Source: Candidatus Multivorans sp. (GTDB lineage Bacteria; Acidobacteriota; Thermoanaerobaculia; Multivoradales; Multivoraceae). From it: a DNA stretch of 64,000 nt. The DNA lies in contig CBDCVC010000003.1 in NCBI GenBank assembly GCA_965222875.1, positions 706,567 to 770,566 of the forward strand, read 5' to 3'. Under the pieces are notes generated by a model. It ran no database searches. It saw only the letters and a list, made by a program, of their open reading frames with translations, and was not told the DNA's origin. The position numbers and the translations under genes were made by a program. Below, piece after piece: positions 48,893 through 57,182 of this stretch (positions are counted from its first letter, which is position 1; every line of letters starts with the position of its first letter).

Positions 48893-50170
48893 ATGACGAC
48901 CGCCGGCAACAAAGCGGTCGTCCCCGACCGGCAGGATTCCGCTAAAGCGGTCGTCCCCGACCGGCAGGAGAAAGCGGTAGTTCCCGACCGGCCGGCGCCC
49001 GCGGTCTCGGCAGATCGTCTGACCAAGGTCTACAAGATCTACGACACTCCATGGGGCCGGTTGCGGGAGGCGGTGCTGAGGCGCCCCGCGCACCGGCCGT
49101 TCCGGGCTCTCAGTGACGTCAGCTTCGCACTGCCCCCAGGCGAGGGTCTCGGCATCGTGGGGGAGAATGGCGCCGGCAAGAGCACGCTGCTCAAGATCGT
49201 CGCCGGCGTGACGCGGCCGACTTCGGGTGAACTCGCGATCCGGGGAAGGGTCGCCTCGATCCTGGAACTCGGCTCGGGCTTTCACCACGAGTTCACGGGA
49301 CGCCAGAACATCCGGCTCAGCGCGGCGATAGTCGGTCTCGACGAGCGGGAGCTGCGCGAGCGCACACGGGACATCATCGAGTTCAGCGAACTCGGCGCCG
49401 CGATCGATCAGCCGGTCCGTTCGTACTCGACCGGCATGACCATGCGGCTCGGCTTCTCGATCGCGGTCCAGGTCGAGCCGGACATTCTGGTCGTCGACGA
49501 GGCGCTCTCGGTCGGCGACGGCTACTTCCAGAAGAAGTGCATGGACCGCCTGCAGAGGTTCATGGCGGACGGCGGCACACTGCTGTTCTGCTCCCACGCG
49601 ATGTACTACGTCACCGCGTTCTGCCAGCAGGCGCTGTGGCTGCGCGGCGGCGAAGTGGCGGGGGCGGGGCCTGCGCTCGGCGTGGTCGGCGAGTACGAGC
49701 GGTTTCTGATGGCGAAGACCGGCGAGAGCGCCGAGGCGGAAGAGGAGACGACCGATGATCCGGCGGCGACCGCGGCGCGGATCGTCGCGATCCGGCCGCT
49801 CCGCGGCGAGGCGCACAAGCGTGCCTCGGAGTCCTGGGCTCTGGAGGTCGAATGGGAGAGTCGGGACGACGATCTCGGTTTCCACCTGGCGGTCGGACTC
49901 GACACCGCGGACGGCGTACAGGTCTGCGCGTTCACCACCCAGCGCGCCGGACTCGCCCCGATGACCGGCGCCGGCCTTCACCGCGCCGTGGTCCGCGTGC
50001 CGCGGTTGCCGATGACCAAGGGCGACTACTCCGCCTGCGTCTTCCTGCTGGACGAAGAGTCCCTGCACGTCTACGACCGCAAGGTGGAGGCGAACGTGCT
50101 GGAGATCGAGGCGAAGCGCTTCGAACCCAGCCTGTTCGAGGTCGGGCATGAGTGGGAGATCGATGGATGA
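48893..50170 (+). CDS. Wzt/TagH-like ABC transporter ATP-binding protein (polysaccharide-export type) with C-terminal extension domain
   Basis: Walker A GENGAGKSTLLK, ABC signature YSTGMTMRLGFS, Walker B ILVVDEALSVGD, plus an about-140-aa C-terminal Wzt-C-like domain. N-terminus contains a 3x peptide repeat. Exact start uncertain. Confidence 0.8.
   Translation: MTTAGNKAVVPDRQDSAKAVVPDRQEKAVVPDRPAPAVSADRLTKVYKIYDTPWGRLREAVLRRPAHRPFRALSDVSFALPPGEGLGIVGENGAGKSTLLKIVAGVTRPTSGELAIRGRVASILELGSGFHHEFTGRQNIRLSAAIVGLDERELRERTRDIIEFSELGAAIDQPVRSYSTGMTMRLGFSIAVQVEPDILVVDEALSVGDGYFQKKCMDRLQRFMADGGTLLFCSHAMYYVTAFCQQALWLRGGEVAGAGPALGVVGEYERFLMAKTGESAEAEEETTDDPAATAARIVAIRPLRGEAHKRASESWALEVEWESRDDDLGFHLAVGLDTADGVQVCAFTTQRAGLAPMTGAGLHRAVVRVPRLPMTKGDYSACVFLLDEESLHVYDRKVEANVLEIEAKRFEPSLFEVGHEWEIDG
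48909..48990 (+). repeat. Imperfect tandem repeat (33/27-nt units, 3 copies) encoding KAVVPDRQ at the 5' end of the Wzt-like gene
   Basis: aaagcggtcgtccccgaccggcagga at 48909 and 48942 (period 33), and a variant aaagcggtagttcccgaccggc at 48969. Confidence 0.8.
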
Positions 50171-51138
50171 AGCTGCTGGTGACCCGGCCGATTCCCGAGC
50201 AGGCGGTGACGCGGTTGCGCGCCGAGCCGGGCCTGGAGACGACCGTGCTCGAAGAGGACGTTGCCATGGACCGCACGGTGCTGCTCGAAGCGGCCGCGGG
50301 CGCGGACGTGATCCTGGCCCTGCTCACCGAGCGCATGGACGCGGAACTCTTCGATCGGTCGCCGAACCTGCGCATGGTGGCGAACATGGCGGTCGGCTTC
50401 GACAACGTCGACATCGACGCGGCGGCTGCGCGCGGAATCCGGGTCACGAACACGCCGGGAGTGCTCGACGGCGCCACCGCGGACCTGGCGATGGCGCTGC
50501 TGCTGGCGGCTGCACGGCGGCTGCCGGAGGCCGAGCGTTTCCTGCGCGCCGGCCGCTACCGGCGCTGGGGACCGATGCTCCTGTGTGGCCAGGAGGTCCA
50601 CGGCCGCACGCTCGGCATCCTCGGTATGGGCCGTATCGGCGAGGCGGTCGCCCGCCGCGCGCAGCTCGGGTTCGGCATGGAGATTCTCTACTGGGACGAA
50701 CGGGGCCGCCCGGACCTGGAGGAGGAACTCGGGGTCCGCAGAACCGATCTCGACACGCTCCTCGGCGCCGCGGACTTCGTCTCCATCCACTTGCCGCTGA
50801 CCGAGGGCACTGCCGGGCTGATCGACGCCGAACGGCTCGCGCAGATGAAGCCGACCGCTGTGCTCGTCAACACGGCCCGCGGGCCGATCGTCGACGAAGC
50901 GGCACTGTCCGCGGCGCTCCGCTCAGGCGCCATCTGGGCCGCCGGCCTGGACGTCTTCGAACGCGAACCGGAAGTTCACCCGGAGCTCCTTGGGCTCGAC
51001 AACGCGGTCCTGCTGCCGCACATCGCGAGCGCCTCGATCCCGACCCGTCTGGCCATGGCCGAACTCGCCGTGGACAACGTCCTGGCGCTTCACCGGGGCG
51101 AGGATCCGCCGACGCCGGTCGTCCGCGGGACACGCTAG
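50167..51138 (+). CDS. D-2-hydroxyacid dehydrogenase (glyoxylate/hydroxypyruvate reductase GhrB-like)
   Basis: NAD-binding GILGMGRIGEAVARRA, catalytic region ...LPHIASAS.... ATG 50167 overlaps the upstream stop. Confidence 0.9.
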   Translation: MKLLVTRPIPEQAVTRLRAEPGLETTVLEEDVAMDRTVLLEAAAGADVILALLTERMDAELFDRSPNLRMVANMAVGFDNVDIDAAAARGIRVTNTPGVLDGATADLAMALLLAAARRLPEAERFLRAGRYRRWGPMLLCGQEVHGRTLGILGMGRIGEAVARRAQLGFGMEILYWDERGRPDLEEELGVRRTDLDTLLGAADFVSIHLPLTEGTAGLIDAERLAQMKPTAVLVNTARGPIVDEAALSAALRSGAIWAAGLDVFEREPEVHPELLGLDNAVLLPHIASASIPTRLAMAELAVDNVLALHRGEDPPTPVVRGTR

Positions 51139-51142
51139 CGGC

Positions 51143-51763
51143 GTGATTCCACTGGCGGCAGCGCTCGCGGCGCCGATCCTGGGCGCGGCGTTCTACGGAT
51201 TGCTGCATCACCGATCGGGGGCGACCCGGGTGGTGGACGGGCTGGTGTACCTGGCGGTACCCATCCTCGTGGCGGTGCAGGTGTTTCCGCATTCCTTGAA
51301 CACCGAGGACCTGTTGAGCTTGGTGGCGGTGGCTCTCGGCGCCGGCCTCTACTTCGTCCTCGAGCGGATGTCGAGGGTGCTTGCCGCGCAGGCGGACAAT
51401 CTCGCGATCCTGGTTGCTCTCTCGGGGCTGGTGTTACACGCGCTCCTGGAGGGTGCTGCGCTGGCGCCAGGTATGGATCAGTCAGACGCGTTCTTCGTCT
51501 TCGCCGTCGTGCTGCACCGGTTTCCGGTTGGCCTGGTGGTCTGGTGGTTGATCCGTCCGCGGCACGGGGGAGCGGCGGCTTTGGTAGGGGTCGGGGCGAT
51601 CGTTGCGGCGACCCTGACGGGTGCTGCCGGAGGGAGTCTGTTGGCGTCGCCCTCGAACGGCATGGGCCTGGACCTGTTCCAGGCGTTCGTGGCCGGTTCC
51701 CTGTTGCACGTCGTCTTCCACCAGGGCCGGAGTGATCACCGGCACGAGGACGGCGGTCCCTAA
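51143..51763 (+). CDS. Small polytopic membrane protein, possibly divergent ZIP-family metal transporter
   Basis: 6 hydrophobic helices. LHALLEGAALAPG and VLHRFPVGLVVW resemble ZIP motifs (HNFPEGLAV), and HVVFHQG is also ZIP-like. GTG start 51143 after the GhrB stop. Weak call. Confidence 0.4.
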   Translation: MIPLAAALAAPILGAAFYGLLHHRSGATRVVDGLVYLAVPILVAVQVFPHSLNTEDLLSLVAVALGAGLYFVLERMSRVLAAQADNLAILVALSGLVLHALLEGAALAPGMDQSDAFFVFAVVLHRFPVGLVVWWLIRPRHGGAAALVGVGAIVAATLTGAAGGSLLASPSNGMGLDLFQAFVAGSLLHVVFHQGRSDHRHEDGGP

Positions 51764-52470
51764 CTTCGGAACGAGCGGGCGACACGGAAGCCCGTGTCGT
51801 CGGCCGCGAAGTCGGTGGATTCGCGCTTCCGTAGGCCGCAGTGAAGTTCAGCAGCTTCAAGCCGGAAGGAACCGCCGCAGAGCGATCGGTGGCGTTCGTC
51901 GTCGTCCGGGTCGGAGGCGACCCATTCCCAGACACTGCCCAGCATGCCGTGGAGGCCGAAATCGTTTGCAGCCAGGTGCTCGGGCGGCTGGACAAGCCCG
52001 TCCGAGTTGCCGGCGTGCCAGCAACATCGGTCGATCGACTCCGGTGTGGTGTTCCAGGAGGGAACCTCGTTGGCCACGGAAGTGCCTCGGCAGGCATAGC
52101 GCCACTCGACTTCGGTCGGCAGCCGCATCGGTTTGCGGGAGACCTCTGCGTACCACCGGCAGTAGGCGTCGGCCTGCCGCCAGCTCACCCCGACGGCGAG
52201 GTCGCGGTCGCCCGCTGACAGCGGTGGCCGCTGGTAGTCCGGGTCGAAGGCCTCGAACTGTTCGTTCGTGACCGGCCACTTGCTGAGGTAGAAGGGCTCG
52301 ACCGGCGCCGGGCGCCCCTCGGTCTCGATCTCGCCACCCGGGATCAACCACAGGATGGTGCGCGGAACGTGGGCGTAGGAGCGGGGCAGCGGGCGGCGCT
52401 CGGTGCTGGCCACGGGGCTACCTGAGTCAGGACGGTCGGCCGAACACCTTGGGCGTCGGCATCCGGGCAC
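51760..52470 (-). CDS. Formylglycine-generating-enzyme (SUMF1/FGE-sulfatase domain) family protein
   Basis: YLSKWPVTNEQFEAF...VGVSWRQADAYCRWY...RLPTEVEWRYACRG...GNVWEW-like GSVWEWVAS...GGSF are FGE-domain hallmarks. N-terminus/start uncertain (overlaps the rSAM gene end by about 40 nt if 52470 is used). Confidence 0.75.
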   Translation of the reverse strand: MPGCRRPRCSADRPDSGSPVASTERRPLPRSYAHVPRTILWLIPGGEIETEGRPAPVEPFYLSKWPVTNEQFEAFDPDYQRPPLSAGDRDLAVGVSWRQADAYCRWYAEVSRKPMRLPTEVEWRYACRGTSVANEVPSWNTTPESIDRCCWHAGNSDGLVQPPEHLAANDFGLHGMLGSVWEWVASDPDDDERHRSLCGGSFRLEAAELHCGLRKRESTDFAADDTGFRVARSFRS

Positions 52471-53794
52471 GGATCGCGTCGAGTTCCTCGACGGTCACGG
52501 TCGAAATGCCGTTCTTGCGGCAGTGGGACTCCACCGAGCGGACGACCATGCCGCGGACAAAGGCCGGCACCCGCTTCATCCGCGCTTCCGCCTCGGGTTC
52601 CCAGGCGATGCTGGTCGAGGTGTCCTCGCCGTAGCGGGAAAGGGACGCGAGCCCGGTTCGGTCCCCGAGCGCCGCGAGTTGCTGCGGCGAGAAGGACCCG
52701 GGGTCGTGGGTGCACAGCGGATCTTCCGCCATGAGGTCGCCGGTCATGCCGTAGGCGCGGGCGCGGCAGCCGCCGCAGACCGACTGCAGCTCGCAGGAAC
52801 CGCACCGGCCGCCGAGGTCCTTGCGGCGCCGGATGTCCTGGAACAGCTCGGAGTCGTTCCAGACCGCGGACAGCGTCGAACGCTTCAGGTTGCCGCCGAA
52901 GACGGGCAGGTACGGGCAAGGGGTGACGTCGCCGTTCGGGCGGATCCCCATGTAGTGGGTGCCGGCCGGGCAGCCGCCGGCGCCGCCGTCGAAGGCCTTG
53001 AGGAAGGGCGAGTCGGGATCGCCGGACAGCAGTTGACGAACGTAGTGGGGCGCGCACTTCGCGTTGACCACCATGCGGCCGCGGTAGTCGCGCTGAATCT
53101 GTTCCAGGGAGGCGAGGACGTCGTCGTAGTCGGACGGCGAGAGGTCGGACACGAACTGGCCGCGGCCCGTGGGCACCAGGAAGTACAGGTTCCAGACCCG
53201 GGCCTGGAGCTCGGTATAGGCGAACGCGGCGATCTCCTCCAGTTCCCCGCGGTTGTGTGCCCCGGCGGTGGTCTGGATGATGAAGGGAAGGCTGGCTGCG
53301 GCCAGGTGTTTGGCGCCGTCGACCGTGTTCTGCCAGGCGCCGCGCACGCGGCGGAAACCGTCGTGGACCGACGGATCCAGCGCGTCCAGCGACAGGGCGA
53401 GACCGCGGACTCCTTCGCCGGCCAGGATGCGGGCCAGGTTCTCGGTGATCCGGACGCCGTTGCTGCCGACCACGACCCACAGCTCGCGCTCCGCGGCGTA
53501 GCGGACGATGTCGAGGATGTCGCGCCGCAGCAGCGGTTCGCCGCCGGTGAGGATGACCAGGGCCTCGGGCGCGAACTCGCAGATGTCGTCGATCACCTTC
53601 CGGCACTGGTCGGTGGAGAGTTCCGAGCGATCGGCGAAGTTGGCGGTCTCGACCAGGGGCTTGCCGCCGGCGTCGAGGTAGCAGTGTTCGCAGGCCAGGT
53701 TGCAGCGGTACGTCAGGTTCCAGGAGATGACGTAGGGGCGGGCGAACGCCGCCGGCACGGCGCTCGTCGGTCGCTCCAAGGGTGACAGGGTCAT
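52427..53794 (-). CDS. Radical SAM / SPASM-domain enzyme (anSME-like) fused to a C-terminal PCP_red (BchB C-terminal-like) domain
   Basis: CX3CX2C = CNLACEHC near the N-terminus. SPASM-type Cys clusters (CAPHYV, CPAG, CPYLP, CGSCELQSVCGGCRARA). C-terminal 55 aa IAWEPEAEARMKRVPAFVRGMVVRSVESHCRKNGISTVTVEELDAIRARM match the BchB C-terminal motif W.PEAE..L..IPFFVRGK.....E.FAR..G...I. Confidence 0.8.
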   Translation of the reverse strand: MTLSPLERPTSAVPAAFARPYVISWNLTYRCNLACEHCYLDAGGKPLVETANFADRSELSTDQCRKVIDDICEFAPEALVILTGGEPLLRRDILDIVRYAAERELWVVVGSNGVRITENLARILAGEGVRGLALSLDALDPSVHDGFRRVRGAWQNTVDGAKHLAAASLPFIIQTTAGAHNRGELEEIAAFAYTELQARVWNLYFLVPTGRGQFVSDLSPSDYDDVLASLEQIQRDYRGRMVVNAKCAPHYVRQLLSGDPDSPFLKAFDGGAGGCPAGTHYMGIRPNGDVTPCPYLPVFGGNLKRSTLSAVWNDSELFQDIRRRKDLGGRCGSCELQSVCGGCRARAYGMTGDLMAEDPLCTHDPGSFSPQQLAALGDRTGLASLSRYGEDTSTSIAWEPEAEARMKRVPAFVRGMVVRSVESHCRKNGISTVTVEELDAIRARMPTPKVFGRPS

Positions 53795-53818
53795 GGCGAG
53801 AGCCTCGTGCGCACTCGA

Positions 53819-54292
53819 TCAGGCAATGCCGAAGAAGGAGCGGGCCCGCTCCAGCACCGCCGCGTCGACCTCCTCGTAGCCATGGTCGAGAGCGAACTTC
53901 TCGATTCCGGCGACCGCCGAAGTGCGCACGATGTCCGGGATGTTCGCCAACCGCTCGCGGGCCTCGGCGGTCCAGGGGATGCCTCCTGATTCACCGTTGC
54001 CGGTAGCGCCGCCGCTGCCGGCCGAGTCGGTCCCGGTAGTCGGCATGCCCATCTCGGCCAGCATGCCCGTGAAGGGACACTTCGATGACGTGGCCCCGGC
54101 CTCGGTGCCGGTCTCGGGGCCGATCCGTACGCCGAGCGATCCGACCACCTGGGTCTCGTGGGGATTGGTCATCATGGCCATCTCGGCGGAGCAGGAAGGG
54201 CAGGCATAGACCAGAGCCACGGAACCGCCATCGGGGCCCAGGGCGTGCTTCAGCTTCATCTGTTCGTCGCAGGGTACGCAGAGGAACTTCAT
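53819..54292 (-). CDS. Zn-ribbon + PCP_red-domain small protein
   Basis: N-terminal CxxC...CxxC (FLCVPCDEQ...VYACPSCSAEM). C-terminal IPWTAEARERLANIPDIVRTSAVAGIEKFALDHGYEEVDAAVLERARSFF is a PCP_red-like motif. Confidence 0.6.
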   Translation of the reverse strand: MKFLCVPCDEQMKLKHALGPDGGSVALVYACPSCSAEMAMMTNPHETQVVGSLGVRIGPETGTEAGATSSKCPFTGMLAEMGMPTTGTDSAGSGGATGNGESGGIPWTAEARERLANIPDIVRTSAVAGIEKFALDHGYEEVDAAVLERARSFFGIA

Positions 54293-54372
54293 TCTTTGGT
54301 CTCTGTCGGTGGGAATTAGGTTGGCTTGGTGGGGATCAGGTTGGCCGATCAGAATCAGGTGCTTGGTCCGAT

Positions 54373-55245
54373 TCAGGTTGGCTTGGCGAGGCGGCTCAGG
54401 ATCGAAGCGGCTGCCTCCTCGATCGCGCGGATGACCGGTCCTGGGGCCAGGTCCGCTTCACCGGCATCGGAGGCCGCAGCCAGACGCGGGTCGAACGGTA
54501 CCTTAGCCAGGCAGGGGAGTCCAAGCTCGGGCGCTTCGCCGGCGGCGCCATCGAACAGCGGGCGGACCCCTTCGCACGTTCCGCAGTAGTAGCCGCTCAT
54601 GTTCTCGATGTACCCGAGCACCTCGTTCGGCGTCGTGCCGAGCGCCGCCGCCGAGCGCGCGACGACCCCGCGGGCCAGCGCGGCAGGAATCGTGACGAGC
54701 ACGAAGCGTGCGGTCGGCCCCAGGACCTCGGCGTACTGCAGGGTGCGCTCGGCGCCGGGCGGCAGGTCGACCAGCAGGAAGTCGAGACGACCCCAGTCCA
54801 CCAGGCCGAGCAACTGCTGGAACAGGTTGAACTCGCGGGTTGCGCGCCACACGTGGGAGTCGCCCTTCGCGACGCTCTCGAACTCGAGGTGCTCCGATGC
54901 GGGTACCATGGAGCCCACCGACAGGACGCCCAGACCGTCAGGCGTGCGCGGCAGGGCCATGCCCCGATCGCCAGGCAGCAGCGGAACCTGTTCCAGTCCG
55001 GCCAACCGGGCCTGGCAGGGACCGTTCAGGTCGGCGTCGAGGATCGCGCACCGGCAGCCGGCGCGCCCGAGCGCCAGGGCGAGCTGCATGGTCAGCGTGC
55101 TCTTGCCCACGCCTCCCTTGCCGGAACCGATCGCGACCACGTGATCGATGCCGGCCATGGCCTCGGCGATGCGCTCACGCTGCTGGAGAACCTGCCCGAG
55201 AACGTCGGAACCGCCGTCTCCGGCGACGTCGAAGTAGGTCTTCAT
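54373..55245 (-). CDS. Mrp/NBP35 (ApbC) family iron-sulfur cluster carrier ATPase
   Basis: VAIGSGKGGVGKST (deviant Walker A) and GYIENMSGYYCGTCEG (CxxC Fe-S bridging motif). ATG at 55245. Confidence 0.85.
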   Translation of the reverse strand: MKTYFDVAGDGGSDVLGQVLQQRERIAEAMAGIDHVVAIGSGKGGVGKSTLTMQLALALGRAGCRCAILDADLNGPCQARLAGLEQVPLLPGDRGMALPRTPDGLGVLSVGSMVPASEHLEFESVAKGDSHVWRATREFNLFQQLLGLVDWGRLDFLLVDLPPGAERTLQYAEVLGPTARFVLVTIPAALARGVVARSAAALGTTPNEVLGYIENMSGYYCGTCEGVRPLFDGAAGEAPELGLPCLAKVPFDPRLAAASDAGEADLAPGPVIRAIEEAAASILSRLAKPT

Positions 55246-56087
55246 GGCCCGCGGATGCATTCGAGAAGGCCGGTTCGTCCAGCCAGCGAGCGGGCCGCGG
55301 CGCGAAGCCGCCCGCGGCGGCCGAGTTCCGGATAGGCCGCGCGCTGAAAGATGAGCCCATCGTTCACGATCCAGGGGCGGCTGCGACCGAAGGCGTGACG
55401 ATGCCTCTTCATGTAGACGAGTTCGAAACCGTTCTTCGCCAGCAGGCCGATCAACTCCTGGGGACGGATTCCAAACTGCCAGTACCAATGGTTGTCCCGC
55501 TCCAGCCGTCCGTCTTCGTCACGTTGGTGATGCTTGTCAAACCACGCCTCCAGCCGGGCGCGCGTGTTCCAATCGTCTTCCCAAACGTAGACATTCCTGT
55601 AGTACCAGTCGAGGCCGCGATCGACGAACCGTATGGTTCGTGCAGTCTTCAACCAGTTCTGATTGAAGACAATCAGAACGTTCGTGTGCGGCAGCCAGTT
55701 CAGCAGGAACCTGTCCCAGTCCGGCTTGACCTGGTGCAGCAGGATGTCGTACATGATGAGGGCATCGACCTCGCCGACCGCGTCGAGCGCCTGCTGCGAT
55801 CCGAGGAGGGCCTCGACGAGTTCCACTCTTGGATGTTCCTTCGCGCGCTCCCGGGTCAGAGGAGTCAGGTTGCCGTCGACGATCACCGCTCTCTCCAGCT
55901 CGTTTCCGCAGAGTTCGGCGGCGTGGAACGTGTAGGCGCCATCGACGCCCCAGCAGGCGCCAAGGTCGGCGAAAGACCGGAAGTCGGCGAGCTCGAAGGC
56001 CGTCTCGAGCAGTTCGAGTTTCTCCGGTTTGGGCTGAACCTCGGACTGCGCTCCGATTGGCGTTTCTTCGGCGGAATGAGCGGACAT
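55242..56087 (-). CDS. Hypothetical protein (possible class I methyltransferase-like fold)
   Basis: 281 aa from MSAHSAEETPIGAQ. FADLGACWGVDGAYTF is weakly reminiscent of SAM-MTase motif I. No firm family assignment. Confidence 0.4.
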   Translation of the reverse strand: MSAHSAEETPIGAQSEVQPKPEKLELLETAFELADFRSFADLGACWGVDGAYTFHAAELCGNELERAVIVDGNLTPLTRERAKEHPRVELVEALLGSQQALDAVGEVDALIMYDILLHQVKPDWDRFLLNWLPHTNVLIVFNQNWLKTARTIRFVDRGLDWYYRNVYVWEDDWNTRARLEAWFDKHHQRDEDGRLERDNHWYWQFGIRPQELIGLLAKNGFELVYMKRHRHAFGRSRPWIVNDGLIFQRAAYPELGRRGRLRAAARSLAGRTGLLECIRGP

Positions 56088-56104
56088 GATGGGCAGCGTA
56101 ACAG

Positions 56105-57097
56105 TCACGACCGGGCCGCGTCGCTTTCGTATCGGAGGGTCTTCCGCGTCGCCTGGAAGCCGCAGTCTTCGAGCCGATCCGCCAATGGTTCGGCGGGGTG
56201 CACCCGCGGCAGGTAGAGCGGTCGTTTGGAATCGTTGGCGGCGAAGGCGAGGAGGGGTCCAAGAAGCGCGGGCACCGGCCGCTTGCCGCCGATCGCGAGG
56301 ATCTCGCAGGCTGTGGAGTCGGCAGGCAGGGCGCCGGCCGACGTGGGAGGCAGCGGGCGGGCGATGAACGGCAGGGGGTCGTCGGCGTTCCGGACGCCCC
56401 GGTAGAGAAGATAGGCCTCGAAGCCGCGGTCGGTGGCGATGCCGACGCCCAGTGCTCGCTCCCGCAGGTTGCGGATCGTCTGAGCGGAGCGCTGCCAGCA
56501 ACGGTTCCGCTCCGAGACATCGGCGAACTCGGCGCCGGCGGTGATCTCCGTCGGTGCAACAGTCCCGACCAGGGCGAGGAAGGGGCTGGCGGCAGGGCTT
56601 TCGCCTGTGTGGAGGTAGTCGATCAGGGTTTGCCGTTCAGCGAAACCGCAGGCGTTGAGGAAACGGTGGGCGGCGACGGCTTCCGCCGGAACTTCGACGA
56701 GCATGCGGGTCGGCTCGAGGATCGCCATCTTCTGGCTGAGCGAGGTCATCATGTGGCGGGCATGGCCCTGCCGGCGGTGTTCGGGGTGGACCGCGATGTG
56801 GAGCACGAGGTTGGCCGTGGGCGCCCTCTTCGCTGCGATCAGGACGCCGATCGGGTCGGATCCTGCGAACGCGACCATGCAACTGCTGGTCCAGAGGTTG
56901 ATCTCCCTGGCGAGCCGCTTCATGTGGTCGACTGTGAGCCGCCACGGGACGGCGCCGGGTCCCACGTTGCAGCGGTGGAAGGCCTCGACGATCAGGGGAA
57001 CGTCGTCGGAGCGGCAGAAGCGGTACGCGGACACCGGCCTACTCGGACTGCGGACCGGCAGGCGCCCCGAGCGCGGCCGCCGTGGGGGTCGCGCCAT
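56105..57097 (-). CDS. GNAT acetyltransferase-domain protein with C-terminal extension
   Basis: LVLHIAVHPEHRRQGHARHMM is the GNAT motif A. N-terminal start uncertain (Met at 57097 chosen to avoid overlap with the upstream gene). Confidence 0.5.
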   Translation of the reverse strand: MARPPRRPRSGRLPVRSPSRPVSAYRFCRSDDVPLIVEAFHRCNVGPGAVPWRLTVDHMKRLAREINLWTSSCMVAFAGSDPIGVLIAAKRAPTANLVLHIAVHPEHRRQGHARHMMTSLSQKMAILEPTRMLVEVPAEAVAAHRFLNACGFAERQTLIDYLHTGESPAASPFLALVGTVAPTEITAGAEFADVSERNRCWQRSAQTIRNLRERALGVGIATDRGFEAYLLYRGVRNADDPLPFIARPLPPTSAGALPADSTACEILAIGGKRPVPALLGPLLAFAANDSKRPLYLPRVHPAEPLADRLEDCGFQATRKTLRYESDAARS

Positions 57098-57182
57098 CCG
57101 GGTTCGTTGCGTTCTGCGGTGCAGCCTCCTGGCCGAGCAGATCGTCCAGCTTGAACACGGCGGCCGGCGGAGAAAGCGGAAC

